Positions 18,798 through 28,531 of a stretch of 64,000 bases of DNA are shown one piece after another (position 1 is the stretch's first letter; each line of letters opens with the position of its first letter). Below the pieces are notes generated by a model. It was not told the DNA's origin, did no database searches, and saw nothing but the letters and a program-made list of their open reading frames with translations. Origin of the DNA: Minisyncoccota bacterium (GTDB taxonomy: Bacteria; Patescibacteriota; Minisyncoccia; Phycocordibacterales; Phycocordibacteraceae); assembly GCA_035438505.1 (NCBI GenBank), contig DAORIM010000001.1:7808-71807 (forward strand), given 5' to 3'. Made by a program: the position numbers and the translations under genes.

Positions 18798-21026
18798 CCA
18801 AAAAGGCTAGATGCCCTCCGGAAAGCGCCAGCGCTATACTGTATGCACATGCTTCCCGAGGATCTCTTAGCAAAGCACTTTACGCGCCTTAAGCCCGACC
18901 AGAAGAAGGCGCTTGAGCGGCTTCAGATTACAACCATTCGCGACCTCCTCTACCACTTCCCTGCGCGCTACGAAGCAACGGGCCCCACGGGCACTATCGG
19001 AAGCGCAACGCCCGGGAGCGAAGTTACGCTCTACGGCACAATCCGAAAGCCTGAAGCGAAGAAGGCGTGGAAATCTAAGCGTCCTATGGGCGAAGCGTGG
19101 CTCGAAGACGCAAGCGGGCGCATGAAGCTGCGCTGGTTTTCGCAGCCCTACATAGCTAAGTCCCTTGCAGACGGGATGGTGGTGAAAGCGAGCGGCAAGA
19201 TCGCAGGGACTGAAGGAAAGATCTATCTCGCGAACCCAGAGATCGACCGCTCTCCCGTAGCACCCGAAGACGTGCACGAGTCCCTCTTCTCAGATCCTGA
19301 GTCCGGTGCGTCAATCCTCGACGATACGCTCTACGCTATCTATCCAGAATCGAAAGGCATCTCTTCGCTCTGGCTGCTGCATGCGGTTAAGCGAGCATTC
19401 GAAGCCGGGGTCCACGAAAAAATCACGGATCCTATTCCGAAAGCGATGCTTGATCGCTACAACCTACCTACGCTCGCAACCGCACTCATCTGGATGCACG
19501 CGCCCCGGAAGCTTCCGGACGCGCAAGCCGCACGTAAGCGCTTTGCCTTTGAAGAAGTTCTCGCTATCCAGCTGACCACCCAGCGACGACGCCTTGAAGC
19601 AACGCACGAGCGTGCGCTTCCCGTGCATGCAGACCGTGCGCGCCTCAAGGAATTCATGGACTCCTTCCCCTTCCCGCCAACGGATGCGCAAGCAAAATCC
19701 ATTGAGCACATTGTTGCGGACTTCGAGCGCCCGCATCCTATGCGCAGACTTCTTGAAGGAGACGTTGGAAGTGGCAAGACTGCGGTAGCGGCAGCAACGG
19801 CGTACATGGTGGCAACCTCAAAGCCGCCAGGGAGAAAAGCAGGCGCGCTTCAAGTGGCGTACATGTGCCCTACTGAAATCCTCGCAAAGCAGCACTTCTC
19901 TACCTTTGTCTCGTACTTTAAGGATCACCCAATTCCTATCGGCCTCATAACCGGGAGCGAGTGCCGGAAGTTCCCTTCAAAGGTTCCGTACGAAGAGTCA
20001 GCGAAAGTATCGCGCGCGCAGTTTGCGAAATGGGTAGCCAACGGCGAGATTCCGATTGTTATCGGCACGCATGCGCTCGTCTATAAATCGCTCGCATTTC
20101 AGAACCTCGCATACGCGATTATCGACGAGCAGCACCGCTTTGGAAAAGCGCACCGCCAAAAGCTCACCCGTAAAGACGGCGAGCTCATGCCGCACCTGCT
20201 TTCGATGACGGCGACACCTATTCCGCGCACCCTTGCACTCTCCATCTACGGCGACCTCGATCTTTCTCTTCTTGATCAGATGCCCTTGGGACGCAAACCT
20301 ATCATTACTGAAATCCTGGGTCCTGAGAAACGAGATACCGCGTATGACCGCGTTCGCGCAGAGCTCGCTCTTGGGCACCAGGCATATGTTATTTGTCCCC
20401 GGATTAACGAACCTGATCCCGCAAAGGAATTTGCCGTGCAGGCGAAGTCCGTTAAGGCGGAAGCGGAGCGGCTATCGAGGGATATCTTCCCTACCGCCTC
20501 TATCGATATCCTGCACAGCAAAATGACGCCGAAGGAAAAGGAGGATGTTATGAAGCGCTTTGAGAATAACGATGTGCAAATACTCGTCGCAACGTCCGTG
20601 GTTGAGGTTGGTGTGAATGTTCCGAACGCAACCGTAATCCTCATCGAAGGCGCAGAGCGCTTTGGTCTCGCACAGCTGCATCAGCTGCGCGGTCGCGTTA
20701 TCCGCTCTTCTAACCAGGCGTACTGCTACGTGCTCCCCGAGTCATATGGACCCGTTACCAAGGAGCGTCTCACCGCCCTCACTACTGCCAAGAATGGGTT
20801 CGAACTTGCGGAGTACGACTTAGCGCTCCGCGGAGCGGGAGAATTGTATGGCGCGCGCCAGTGGGGCGTGTCAGACATCGCCATGGAAGCTCTGAAGAAC
20901 ATAAAGATGGTTGAGGCTGCGCGCATCGAAGCCCAGCAACTCGTTGAAAAGGATCCTACCCTTTCAAAACACCCACTGCTTGCGGCGCTCGCGAAGCAAG
21001 TGGACGAGGAAGTGCATCCGGAATAG
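18774..21026 (+). CDS. recG: ATP-dependent DNA helicase RecG
   Basis: Wedge-domain N-terminus, helicase motifs GDVGSGKTAVAA, DEQHRFG, SMTATPIPRTLALSIYGDLDLS, QLHQLRGRV; true start may be an internal Met at 18843/18849 because the ORF head overlaps the upstream convergent gene. Confidence 0.85.
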   Translation: MFYENILHPKRLDALRKAPALYCMHMLPEDLLAKHFTRLKPDQKKALERLQITTIRDLLYHFPARYEATGPTGTIGSATPGSEVTLYGTIRKPEAKKAWKSKRPMGEAWLEDASGRMKLRWFSQPYIAKSLADGMVVKASGKIAGTEGKIYLANPEIDRSPVAPEDVHESLFSDPESGASILDDTLYAIYPESKGISSLWLLHAVKRAFEAGVHEKITDPIPKAMLDRYNLPTLATALIWMHAPRKLPDAQAARKRFAFEEVLAIQLTTQRRRLEATHERALPVHADRARLKEFMDSFPFPPTDAQAKSIEHIVADFERPHPMRRLLEGDVGSGKTAVAAATAYMVATSKPPGRKAGALQVAYMCPTEILAKQHFSTFVSYFKDHPIPIGLITGSECRKFPSKVPYEESAKVSRAQFAKWVANGEIPIVIGTHALVYKSLAFQNLAYAIIDEQHRFGKAHRQKLTRKDGELMPHLLSMTATPIPRTLALSIYGDLDLSLLDQMPLGRKPIITEILGPEKRDTAYDRVRAELALGHQAYVICPRINEPDPAKEFAVQAKSVKAEAERLSRDIFPTASIDILHSKMTPKEKEDVMKRFENNDVQILVATSVVEVGVNVPNATVILIEGAERFGLAQLHQLRGRVIRSSNQAYCYVLPESYGPVTKERLTALTTAKNGFELAEYDLALRGAGELYGARQWGVSDIAMEALKNIKMVEAARIEAQQLVEKDPTLSKHPLLAALAKQVDEEVHPE

Positions 21027-21048
21027 GTCTGCGATACAGTACAAGAAG

Positions 21049-21125
21049 CCACCCTTAGCTCAGTTGGTTAGAGCACGGAGCTTATACCTCCGCGGTCCTT
21101 GGTTCGAGTCCAAGAGGGTGGACCA
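21049..21125 (+). tRNA. tRNA with anticodon TAT (tRNA-Ile, UAU), CCA encoded
   Basis: Cloverleaf: acceptor ccaccct/agggtgg, D-arm gctc-agttggtta-gagc, anticodon stem cggag/ctccg with loop cTTATAc, T-arm cttgg-ttcgagt-ccaag, discriminator A + CCA. Confidence 0.6.
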
Positions 21126-21130
21126 ATGAA

Positions 21131-21162
21131 AGAAGCCGGAATCGTTTGATTCCGGCTTCTTT
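21131..21162. terminator. bidirectional terminator hairpin
   Basis: gaagccggaatcgtttgattccggcttc + T-tract, between the tRNA (+) and the end of ftsH (-). Confidence 0.65.
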
Positions 21163-21176
21163 CTATTTACGCCCTG

Positions 21177-23132
21177 CTACTTGTGCCCTGCCCCAACAAG
21201 CGACGCATCAAGGTCCGCATCAACTTCAGGAGCCTTCGGCGTAATGCCGTTCGCGATAAGAATCTTCTCGAACTCTTCGCGCTCTAGCGTCTCCACTTCG
21301 ACGAGGCGATTCGCGATAGCATCAAGCGCTCCACGGTGCTCTTCAAGCACTACGCGCGCGCGTCCCTTTGCCTCTTCAATGATGCGCGCTACTTCAGCAT
21401 CAATCTTCCCGGCAATGTCTTGGGAGTACGATGCGTCTCCGAACCGGTCAGCGGCGTATGCCACAGGACCAAGCGCGTCGCTCATGCCGTAGCGGGCAAC
21501 CATATCTCGCGCAAGCGCTGCGATAACGGCTAGGTCGTTTGAAGGACCGGTCGTAAGGTCGCCGAAGATCATTTCTTCTGCGACGTAGCCGCCGAGCGTT
21601 CCGGCGATGTCGTCGAGGAAGGACTTCCTGGATTGCATCTTCTTGTCGTCAAACGGAAGCTTGAGGGTGTATCCCGCTGCGCGTCCGCGACTAATGATCG
21701 AGATCTTATGCACTGGGTCAGCGTGCTCAAGCACGGAGCCAACGAGCGCGTGTCCCGCCTCGTGGTACGCCGTAACGCGCTTCTCCTTCTTTCCGAGGAG
21801 ATGGCTCTTGCGCTCGGGACCGAGCATAACCTTTTCAATGGAGCGAATAAGATCATACTGCGTAATCTCCTTGCGGTTCTCGCGCGCGGCAAGAATCGCG
21901 CCCTCGTTCATAAGCGAGTAGAGCTCTGCACCGGAGAATCCTGGAGTGCGCTCAGCAATTACGTCGAGCACAACGTCAGGACCAAGCGGTTTCTTGCGCG
22001 CATGCACGCCAAGAATCTCAAGACGGTCTTTGCGATCTGGAAGATCAATCGTTACGCGGCGATCAAAGCGTCCGGGACGAAGAAGTGCCGGATCAAGAAC
22101 ATCAGGACGGTTCGTTGCGGCCATAACGATAACCTTTTCAGTTGGGTCAAAGCCGTCCATCTCCACGAGGATCTGGTTGAGCGTCTGCTCGCGCTCGTCG
22201 TTCCCGCCGCCGATGCCCGTACCACGTACGCGACCCACAGCGTCGATCTCGTCAACGAAAATAATCGCGGGCGACGTGCGCTTGGCCATAAGGAAGAGGT
22301 CGCGCACGCGCGAGGCACCCACACCAACGAACATCTCCACAAACTCAGAGCCTGAGATGGAGAAGAACGGTACGCCTGCTTCGCCCGCAACTGCGCGTGC
22401 AAGAAGCGTCTTTCCCGTACCTGGCGCTCCCATAAGAAGGATGCCCTTTGGGATACGTGCGCCGATATCAAGGAACTTCTTTGGGTTCTTGAGGAAGTCG
22501 ACAATCTCAAGAAGCTCTTCCTTTGCTTCTTTCGCGCCCGCCACGTCTGAGAACATCACACGCTGAGACGTATCAGCCGGATCAATCATGCGCGCCTTCG
22601 ACTGTCCGAAGGAGAACGCCTGCATGCCGGCTCCCTTAACCTGGCGCGTTAGGAACCAGAAGAGTGCGCCGAGGAAGAGGATTGGGAGAAGAATTGGTGC
22701 GAGGTTGAAGAACCAGTACGCAAACCCGCTCTCCTTTTCAATCGTGGTGCCAACGGCAGAAAGCTGCTCGGGAGTAACGCCGTACGCCGCAAGCGTCTCC
22801 GGGAGCGCGGCTTCCGGGTCCTTCATGGACTTTCGCTCCGTGCCGTCTGCGTACGTAAGGGTAATCTCGTTCCCGCTGATATGGAGCGCAGTGATGAGCC
22901 CCGCCTTCATATCGCCCGCTATCTGCGAGAGCGGTACCTGTTCAGGCTTGTCTCCCTGCCCTACCAAGAAGGAGTACAGGCTCGTAAGGACAATGAGAAT
23001 AAGAACGGTGGAAATGAGGTTCGCGGTGAATCCTCCTCCGCCGGGCATAGGGACCTTGCCAGGGATTTTTGGTGCGCCCGGTTTCTGCTTCTTTGCTGCG
23101 GGCTTTGGAGCCGGCTTTTTGGTTGGTGCCAT
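21177..23132 (-). CDS. ftsH: ATP-dependent zinc metalloprotease FtsH
   Basis: Two N-terminal TM helices, AAA module (GPPGTGKT-like [16 protein letters not shown]), HEAGHAL zinc-binding motif. Confidence 0.9.
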   Translation of the reverse strand: MAPTKKPAPKPAAKKQKPGAPKIPGKVPMPGGGGFTANLISTVLILIVLTSLYSFLVGQGDKPEQVPLSQIAGDMKAGLITALHISGNEITLTYADGTERKSMKDPEAALPETLAAYGVTPEQLSAVGTTIEKESGFAYWFFNLAPILLPILFLGALFWFLTRQVKGAGMQAFSFGQSKARMIDPADTSQRVMFSDVAGAKEAKEELLEIVDFLKNPKKFLDIGARIPKGILLMGAPGTGKTLLARAVAGEAGVPFFSISGSEFVEMFVGVGASRVRDLFLMAKRTSPAIIFVDEIDAVGRVRGTGIGGGNDEREQTLNQILVEMDGFDPTEKVIVMAATNRPDVLDPALLRPGRFDRRVTIDLPDRKDRLEILGVHARKKPLGPDVVLDVIAERTPGFSGAELYSLMNEGAILAARENRKEITQYDLIRSIEKVMLGPERKSHLLGKKEKRVTAYHEAGHALVGSVLEHADPVHKISIISRGRAAGYTLKLPFDDKKMQSRKSFLDDIAGTLGGYVAEEMIFGDLTTGPSNDLAVIAALARDMVARYGMSDALGPVAYAADRFGDASYSQDIAGKIDAEVARIIEEAKGRARVVLEEHRGALDAIANRLVEVETLEREEFEKILIANGITPKAPEVDADLDASLVGAGHK

Positions 23133-23191
23133 AGTCCTCTGAGTATACGTCAGAGGCGCATTTGCCCAAATCCTGGTACCTTTTCCTATAT

Positions 23192-23638
23192 ATGAGCACG
23201 CTCATAGAAAACAAGAAGGCCCGACTTCGCTTTGAGACGCTTGAAACCTATCAAGCGGGCATTGAGCTATTTGGGTACGAGGTGAAGTCAGTCCGGAGCA
23301 AGCTCGGGAGTCTTGAGGGCGCCCGGGTGCTCGTGCGCGGGGGCGAAGCCTTCCTTGTAGGTATGACGGTGCCCGCGTATCAGCTTGCGAACGCGCCTGC
23401 GGACTACGATCCTGAGCGTCCACGCAGACTCCTCCTTTCTCGCAAGGAAATCGCGGAATTGCTTGATGCTGAATCAAAGAAGGGCTTGACAGTTGTGCCT
23501 TTTGAGGTGTATACTAGTGGGAGATACGTGAAGGCGCGCATCAATATTGTGCGCGGTAAAGGCAAAGCTGACAGACGCGAGGATCTCAAACGTCTGGAAG
23601 CAAAGAAGGATGCCGATCGCGCCATGCGCCAGAAGTAG
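23192..23638 (+). CDS. smpB: SsrA-binding protein
   Basis: IENKKARLRFETLETYQAGIELFGYEVKSVR... canonical SmpB; basic C-terminal tail; start set at Met11 of the ORF. Confidence 0.85.
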   Translation: MSTLIENKKARLRFETLETYQAGIELFGYEVKSVRSKLGSLEGARVLVRGGEAFLVGMTVPAYQLANAPADYDPERPRRLLLSRKEIAELLDAESKKGLTVVPFEVYTSGRYVKARINIVRGKGKADRREDLKRLEAKKDADRAMRQK

Positions 23639-23684
23639 TCGATCGTTCGCGTTCTGGAACCACTCTCCTGATTGGTTCCAGAAC

Positions 23685-24094
23685 GGGGGTGACCGGCTTT
23701 GACGGTCCTGTACCTTGAGAGACGTGCGACGCGGTGGAAGTGTGCTGACCACCTAAAAACGTACACACAAATACTTGCAAAGAACACTCTTGCAAGCGTG
23801 AAGTCCCCATACTTCGGTACTAAGGACTTTGCGTTCGCTTACGCGTAAAAGCTTTGCGCTTTCGCCTAAGCGACGTTCATATATTCCCGTTTCTTCAGGG
23901 GGATGTATGGGCGGAATCTTCTGAAGAATCGGTATCAAAGCTCTCCTAGGCTTTGGCTTAAAAGACAGGATTAGGCAGGAGCGTTTTCGCTGACGTTCCT
24001 ATTCTCCTGCTGAAACTTCAACGTTAGCTACGCGTCGTAGACTCGCTCTGAAGACGGGATTCGGACCGGAGTTCGACTCTCCGCACCTCCACCT
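23685..24094 (+). ncRNA. ssrA: transfer-messenger RNA (tmRNA, ssrA)
   Basis: 5' end gggggtgaccggctttgacgg pairs with 3' end cacctccacc giving a tRNA-Ala-like acceptor stem with G3:U70; 3' T-arm ccggagttcgactctccg; internal Ala-rich tag-like frame ...gac ttt gcg ttc gct tac gcg taa; directly downstream of smpB. Confidence 0.65.
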
Positions 24095-25753
24095 CATTTC
24101 ATCGGAAGGCACGAAAGTGCCTTTTCGTGTTTTATCTGTTGGCTTTTTCGAGGTTCTAACTTTTTCTAGAGTTGCAGAGAGGTCCCTTCCTTCGGTTAGA
24201 ACTTGAATTGGCTTCTCTAGCTGTAAAGTCAGTATTCCCTGCTCTAAAACATGTTCCGTACCAAGAGCTGCAATTATTGACCTTCGCTTTTGTAAGCCGC
24301 CCTCAAGAAACTCCTCTCTTGCTCTCTCAGCGAAGGTTAGAAGTCGTTCTGCATCATCAATCCAGGTCTTGAACCTCACCTCAGTAGCTTCAATGCGGTT
24401 TTTAAGCGCTCTTTCATCATCTTCAAGGCGACTGCGCTCAGTTTTATATTCATCTGAACCAATGTCTCCAACTAGTCTCATTTCGAAAAGTCTTTGGAGT
24501 CTTTCAGCCACATCCTTTCGTCTCAGTTCATGAGCATAAAGTATGGAGTCCTTGTCAGTAGCCTCCTTTTCATATTCCTTCTTGAGTTCCGCAATTGCCC
24601 ATGCGTGGAATGCAGGGGCAATTTTTATCGATGATAGAAAGTCTATAAATAGTTCCTCAAGCTTCTTCTCTTCAATTGCCTTCTGCTTGCATGTACGGAT
24701 TTTTCCAGTGCATCGGTAATACGAGTACTCATGGATATTGCCATTCTGTTGCCGTTTTATCTTCTTCTCACACGTGATTCGTGCACCACATCCTCCGCAA
24801 CGCATGAGTCCGACATAAGTGTGCATGTGCTTCTGTGGTTTGGCTGATTTGCGATCAATTATCTGCTGAACCTCATCAAACTGCTCCTTGGTTATCATTG
24901 GGGTGTGCAGACCTTTGTACCATTGGGCTATTTCTGGGTACTTTGCGGGGTATAAGTACCATCCATAGTAGAAAGGATTCCTTAATATGTTGTAGAAGCC
25001 GTGGAGTGAAATGGGCCTCGAAGAAGGGTTTCTTCTGGTCTTCTTGGCCTTTAGCCCCCACTCATTAACAGCAAGGTCATATACCTGATGAGGGGTGTAC
25101 TGACGCGAGAGTATTGCATCGAAGATCTTGCTAACGATTGTGAAGTTTGGCTCGTCAACCTCGCACTGTTCCGGACGGTCATCACGGTATTTTGTGTTTC
25201 TGTATCCTATTGGAGCAAGACACGGCCTGAAGCCTCTAAGTGCTGCTCCTCCTTGACCACGCTTAATATTTTCCCTTAGCTTTCGTATGTACTCGGTTGC
25301 CATTGCTGTTTCAATGGTTCCCATTAGCGAATTCTCTTCAGCAGAGTATTCCCGACTTGGTGTCTTAATGAGCTTTATCGCTCCAGCAATACGCAAGTCT
25401 CCGATTTTCCCTCCTTCCTCGAGATTTCTTGCAAGACGATCATAGTCCCAGCATAAAATTGCATTGGCTTTTCCAGCCTTGATGAACTCGACCATCTCCG
25501 TGAATACGGTGCGTTTGCCTGAAGTAGCAGCCGATTTCTCTTCCGAGAATTCCTTCACTACGTTATAGCCTAAATCGAAGGCTATCTTTCTCATCACACG
25601 GAGCTGGTCTTGTGTCGATTCTACAAACTCATCCTTATCTCTAGCTTCAATCGAGCGACGAGCATAGATAACGAACTTAAAGCTCGCTCTTTCATCCTCC
25701 CTCTTTAGTTTTTGGTTGTATCCAACGTCCGACATATTCTTTTTTGAAAGCAA
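23999..25753 (-). CDS. large serine recombinase (site-specific integrase)
   Basis: N-terminal resolvase catalytic domain (FVIYARRSIEARDKDEF...TQDQ), recombinase domain, Cys4 zinc ribbon (CGGCGARITC...YYRC) and coiled coil; C-terminal ~30 codons run antisense through the tmRNA 3' end. Confidence 0.8.
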   Translation of the reverse strand: MLSKKNMSDVGYNQKLKREDERASFKFVIYARRSIEARDKDEFVESTQDQLRVMRKIAFDLGYNVVKEFSEEKSAATSGKRTVFTEMVEFIKAGKANAILCWDYDRLARNLEEGGKIGDLRIAGAIKLIKTPSREYSAEENSLMGTIETAMATEYIRKLRENIKRGQGGAALRGFRPCLAPIGYRNTKYRDDRPEQCEVDEPNFTIVSKIFDAILSRQYTPHQVYDLAVNEWGLKAKKTRRNPSSRPISLHGFYNILRNPFYYGWYLYPAKYPEIAQWYKGLHTPMITKEQFDEVQQIIDRKSAKPQKHMHTYVGLMRCGGCGARITCEKKIKRQQNGNIHEYSYYRCTGKIRTCKQKAIEEKKLEELFIDFLSSIKIAPAFHAWAIAELKKEYEKEATDKDSILYAHELRRKDVAERLQRLFEMRLVGDIGSDEYKTERSRLEDDERALKNRIEATEVRFKTWIDDAERLLTFAERAREEFLEGGLQKRRSIIAALGTEHVLEQGILTLQLEKPIQVLTEGRDLSATLEKVRTSKKPTDKTRKGTFVPSDEMRWRCGESNSGPNPVFRASLRRVANVEVSAGE

Positions 25754-25895
25754 GCAGTTCGTTTGCGTCCATCTGTTCGAGAGGTGTTGTGCAGATCATG
25801 ATGAGAATCTGCACCACCTCCTCTCGTGACATGGACTCAATTTGCTTAATCATGTCTCCAACTACATAGTCTCTTAGTTCTTCGAGACTATTCAT
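25692..25895 (-). CDS. hypothetical small protein
   Basis: 67-aa ORF just upstream of the integrase; no family. Confidence 0.25.
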   Translation of the reverse strand: MNSLEELRDYVVGDMIKQIESMSREEVVQILIMICTTPLEQMDANELLAFKKEYVGRWIQPKTKEGG

Positions 25896-26156
25896 ACCTA
25901 GCAGTAGTCATGTTGTACCTTGTGGAATCGCACGACGAGCTTGCCTCCCCTATCCTTCACGAATGTCCTCTTCCTTTTCGGGAATCCAGACTCCATGAGC
26001 AGACGTTCGACAAATAGCTTCTGTGCGTTTCGTGTTAAGTGATTAGATTCTTTTGGTAAGCGTTTCATATGGAGTTTTTGGTACTCTTGACAAGTCCTGA
26101 TATTTCTATCGTATTAGGCTCGTCTCAAAAGTACATATAGTTCCATATGAATGTGT

Positions 26157-26339
26157 TCACATCTTTTCGAGGTCATACCTTAGCTCTTCAAGACGCTCCT
26201 TGGGGTCCCCATAAATGGCTTTGTAGAGGTTCAGTATGAGCAAAGCCTTGCGGTGGAGTTCCTCATCCGTTAGCTCTTCCCCAAATTCTTGGAGATAGAT
26301 TTGGTGGAAGTCGTTGAGACTGTTAGCGTCCAGTGCCAT
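26157..26339 (-). CDS. hypothetical small protein
   Basis: 60-aa acidic ORF, stop overlaps the primase-helicase start (translational coupling). Confidence 0.3.
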   Translation of the reverse strand: MALDANSLNDFHQIYLQEFGEELTDEELHRKALLILNLYKAIYGDPKERLEELRYDLEKM

Positions 26340-28279
26340 TAGAAGATTGGCTCAGTGTCCTCCTGCACGAAGTTCACCTCTTCAAGGTGGTACTTGTTCT
26401 TCTTCCCCTCCTTGTAGACTGAGAGCGAACCTTCCTCGACCATGCTTCGCAGAGCCTCTCCGATGTTGCGGCTACCCACACCAGTCTCCTCACGGACGGC
26501 CTGGATGATTTCCTCATTCGTATAGTCCTGAATTTGGAGCATGGCGGTGATTGCATCGCGAGCCTCTTCCTTCTTAGTAGTTCGCTCATCGATACTCTCG
26601 TAGCGAAGCTCTACCGGACTTCCGATAACATCTGGGTCTTGAGCAAGTACTACACGAAACTTATTCGTGTTCCGTCCACGTCTCGACTTAACGTGTTCAA
26701 CTTCCAGATTCTGTTCGGACGTCGTGCAGTCCTTCTTCTCCACGGTAATGTGTGAATCGAGACGCCCAGAGTATGCTGACGATCCGCGAAGGCTCTGTGC
26801 TCCTCCACTAGAAGCACCCATGCCGCTTTTACGATGGTGGTGAATGAACAACACAGTTGCTCCTGCTTTCGTGAATCTTTGCATGGCCTCAAGTACCTTT
26901 TGCGCTCCCTCGGCAGAGTTCTCATCTTGGGAGTGCATGGCTGCGAATGGGTCAATGATAACCAAAGCAATATTCTGCTCCTTCACAGTCTGGAGCAGAG
27001 CCTCCATGTCTTCCTTCTTGTCTACCTTGAAGCCGTTAAGGCTGTAGAAGTAAATGGGCAGGTCTTCCGAATAGCCCATCACCTCCATGCGGCGGCGTAG
27101 CTCCCACGCTCCCTGTTCTTCGTCCACGATGAGGACACTGCCTTGCTTCGTCACGAAGTTATCGAGGAAGCTTTCTCCAGCAGCCACACACTTGGCCAAG
27201 TGGAGGAGAATCCAACTCTTGCCGCAACCTGGATGGCCGCTCAGCGCAGTAATGCCTTTCTCCGGTATGAGTCCGTACACGAGAAACTCAGGACGTTCTG
27301 ACTCCGGCATGTTGAGAATGGAAGAGACTGACAGAAGCTGTCGTGTTGGAGTCGTATCAGACACTTCCTTATCAACATAGGTAGTCCCCTCACCTCCCTG
27401 GGCATGTTGCTTCTGGGCGATACCGCGAAAGATAGACTTCACCTCACTGTCTGGAAGAGGTGGATCGTTCGCTTTATCGTTCCAAGCAAGTACCGTAGGA
27501 AGTACGAAAGTGTCCCAGTCTTTGGACGGCAAGTGGTGCAGGAGCTTGCCGACATACTTCACGGTAGAGTCGTGCCTGTTCCCCTCCTTCGCTCCTCCAA
27601 CGATAGCCTCCCAATCTGTAGCCTCCTCATACTTGGCTTGTCGCCTCTCTTCGATGTCTGCAAGCCACTTCGGCATTTGCGGCAGGTCTTCCGTGATATC
27701 GAGAGGCTTAATCCATTCGTACGCTTTGCCCGTCTTCGGATGAATTGAAGGAGGGACAACCACATAACCTCCATCAGCCTTCATGTCTCCATGAATGCCG
27801 TATGCTCCGAGCGGACCAGATTTAATCTCGTCCACGAGGTATGGATAGTCGTAGAAGTAGTGCCAGCCTCCTCCGCCCGTCCTGCTAATCGCAGTTGGTG
27901 GCAGTTCGTACTTAGACGGGTCTTCATCCGATTCGAGGTCAAGCACGGCAAGGCCATGAACATATCCCGTAATCATCCCCAAGCCAGTTATTCTGTCTCC
28001 GTAGGTCTTAAACCACTGACGCATCTCATCCGGCGTGGGTGCCTTACCCTGCTGAAAGTCCTTCCATGATGGAATGACTGGGACCTTGCCATTGAGCGGG
28101 ATGACCGTTCTGCAGTCATCTAGGTATGCGAGTGCTGCTTCTAGCAATGTTTCAGAATGGGAGGTCATCTTCTGTCTTGTTATCGGCACCCTCATCCTGC
28201 TTCTCGATGATGCGCTGGATAAGATCTGATACCACTTGAGAGTTTTCCTCTCCCCAGAGAGCAGGTACCAGCACCACAC
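26339..28279 (-). CDS. bifunctional primase-polymerase (Prim-Pol) / RecA-like (RepA/AAA_25) replicative helicase
   Basis: N-terminal Prim-Pol motifs (LDLESDED acidic triad region, GGGWHYFY); central P-loop ATPase SGHPGCGKSWILLHLA with VLIVDEEQG Walker B; C-terminal winged-helix-like tail. Confidence 0.7.
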   Translation of the reverse strand: MWCWYLLSGERKTLKWYQILSSASSRSRMRVPITRQKMTSHSETLLEAALAYLDDCRTVIPLNGKVPVIPSWKDFQQGKAPTPDEMRQWFKTYGDRITGLGMITGYVHGLAVLDLESDEDPSKYELPPTAISRTGGGGWHYFYDYPYLVDEIKSGPLGAYGIHGDMKADGGYVVVPPSIHPKTGKAYEWIKPLDITEDLPQMPKWLADIEERRQAKYEEATDWEAIVGGAKEGNRHDSTVKYVGKLLHHLPSKDWDTFVLPTVLAWNDKANDPPLPDSEVKSIFRGIAQKQHAQGGEGTTYVDKEVSDTTPTRQLLSVSSILNMPESERPEFLVYGLIPEKGITALSGHPGCGKSWILLHLAKCVAAGESFLDNFVTKQGSVLIVDEEQGAWELRRRMEVMGYSEDLPIYFYSLNGFKVDKKEDMEALLQTVKEQNIALVIIDPFAAMHSQDENSAEGAQKVLEAMQRFTKAGATVLFIHHHRKSGMGASSGGAQSLRGSSAYSGRLDSHITVEKKDCTTSEQNLEVEHVKSRRGRNTNKFRVVLAQDPDVIGSPVELRYESIDERTTKKEEARDAITAMLQIQDYTNEEIIQAVREETGVGSRNIGEALRSMVEEGSLSVYKEGKKNKYHLEEVNFVQEDTEPIF

Positions 28280-28373
28280 GGACCTTGCCGTCCGGCATTA
28301 TTACGTGGGCTACTGTCACATCGTCGTTCGCGTCGAGGAAGGCCTGGACTCTGTCTGGAAACTGAATTTTCAT
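28152..28373 (-). CDS. hypothetical small protein
   Basis: 73-aa ORF overlapping the 5' end of the primase gene; weak. Confidence 0.25.
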   Translation of the reverse strand: MKIQFPDRVQAFLDANDDVTVAHVIMPDGKVRVVLVPALWGEENSQVVSDLIQRIIEKQDEGADNKTEDDLPF

Positions 28374-28531
28374 AAGACGTTATCTTTACGGAGCAGGAGC
28401 TAATTCGTCCTGAATCCTGCATTAATCGTCTCGTTAAAATGAATCGAGGTACAAAATGAAAAACCAGATTTGGAAATGAAAAATGGCTCAGTTGAGCCAT
28501 TAATTTGCTTCAGTAATTCTTGCTGTTTTCA

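Noticed and set aside
21177-23142. Multiple 100-240-aa ORFs on the plus strand inside ftsH
   Set aside because: All are antisense to a full-length FtsH with every catalytic motif; typical GC-rich shadow ORFs.
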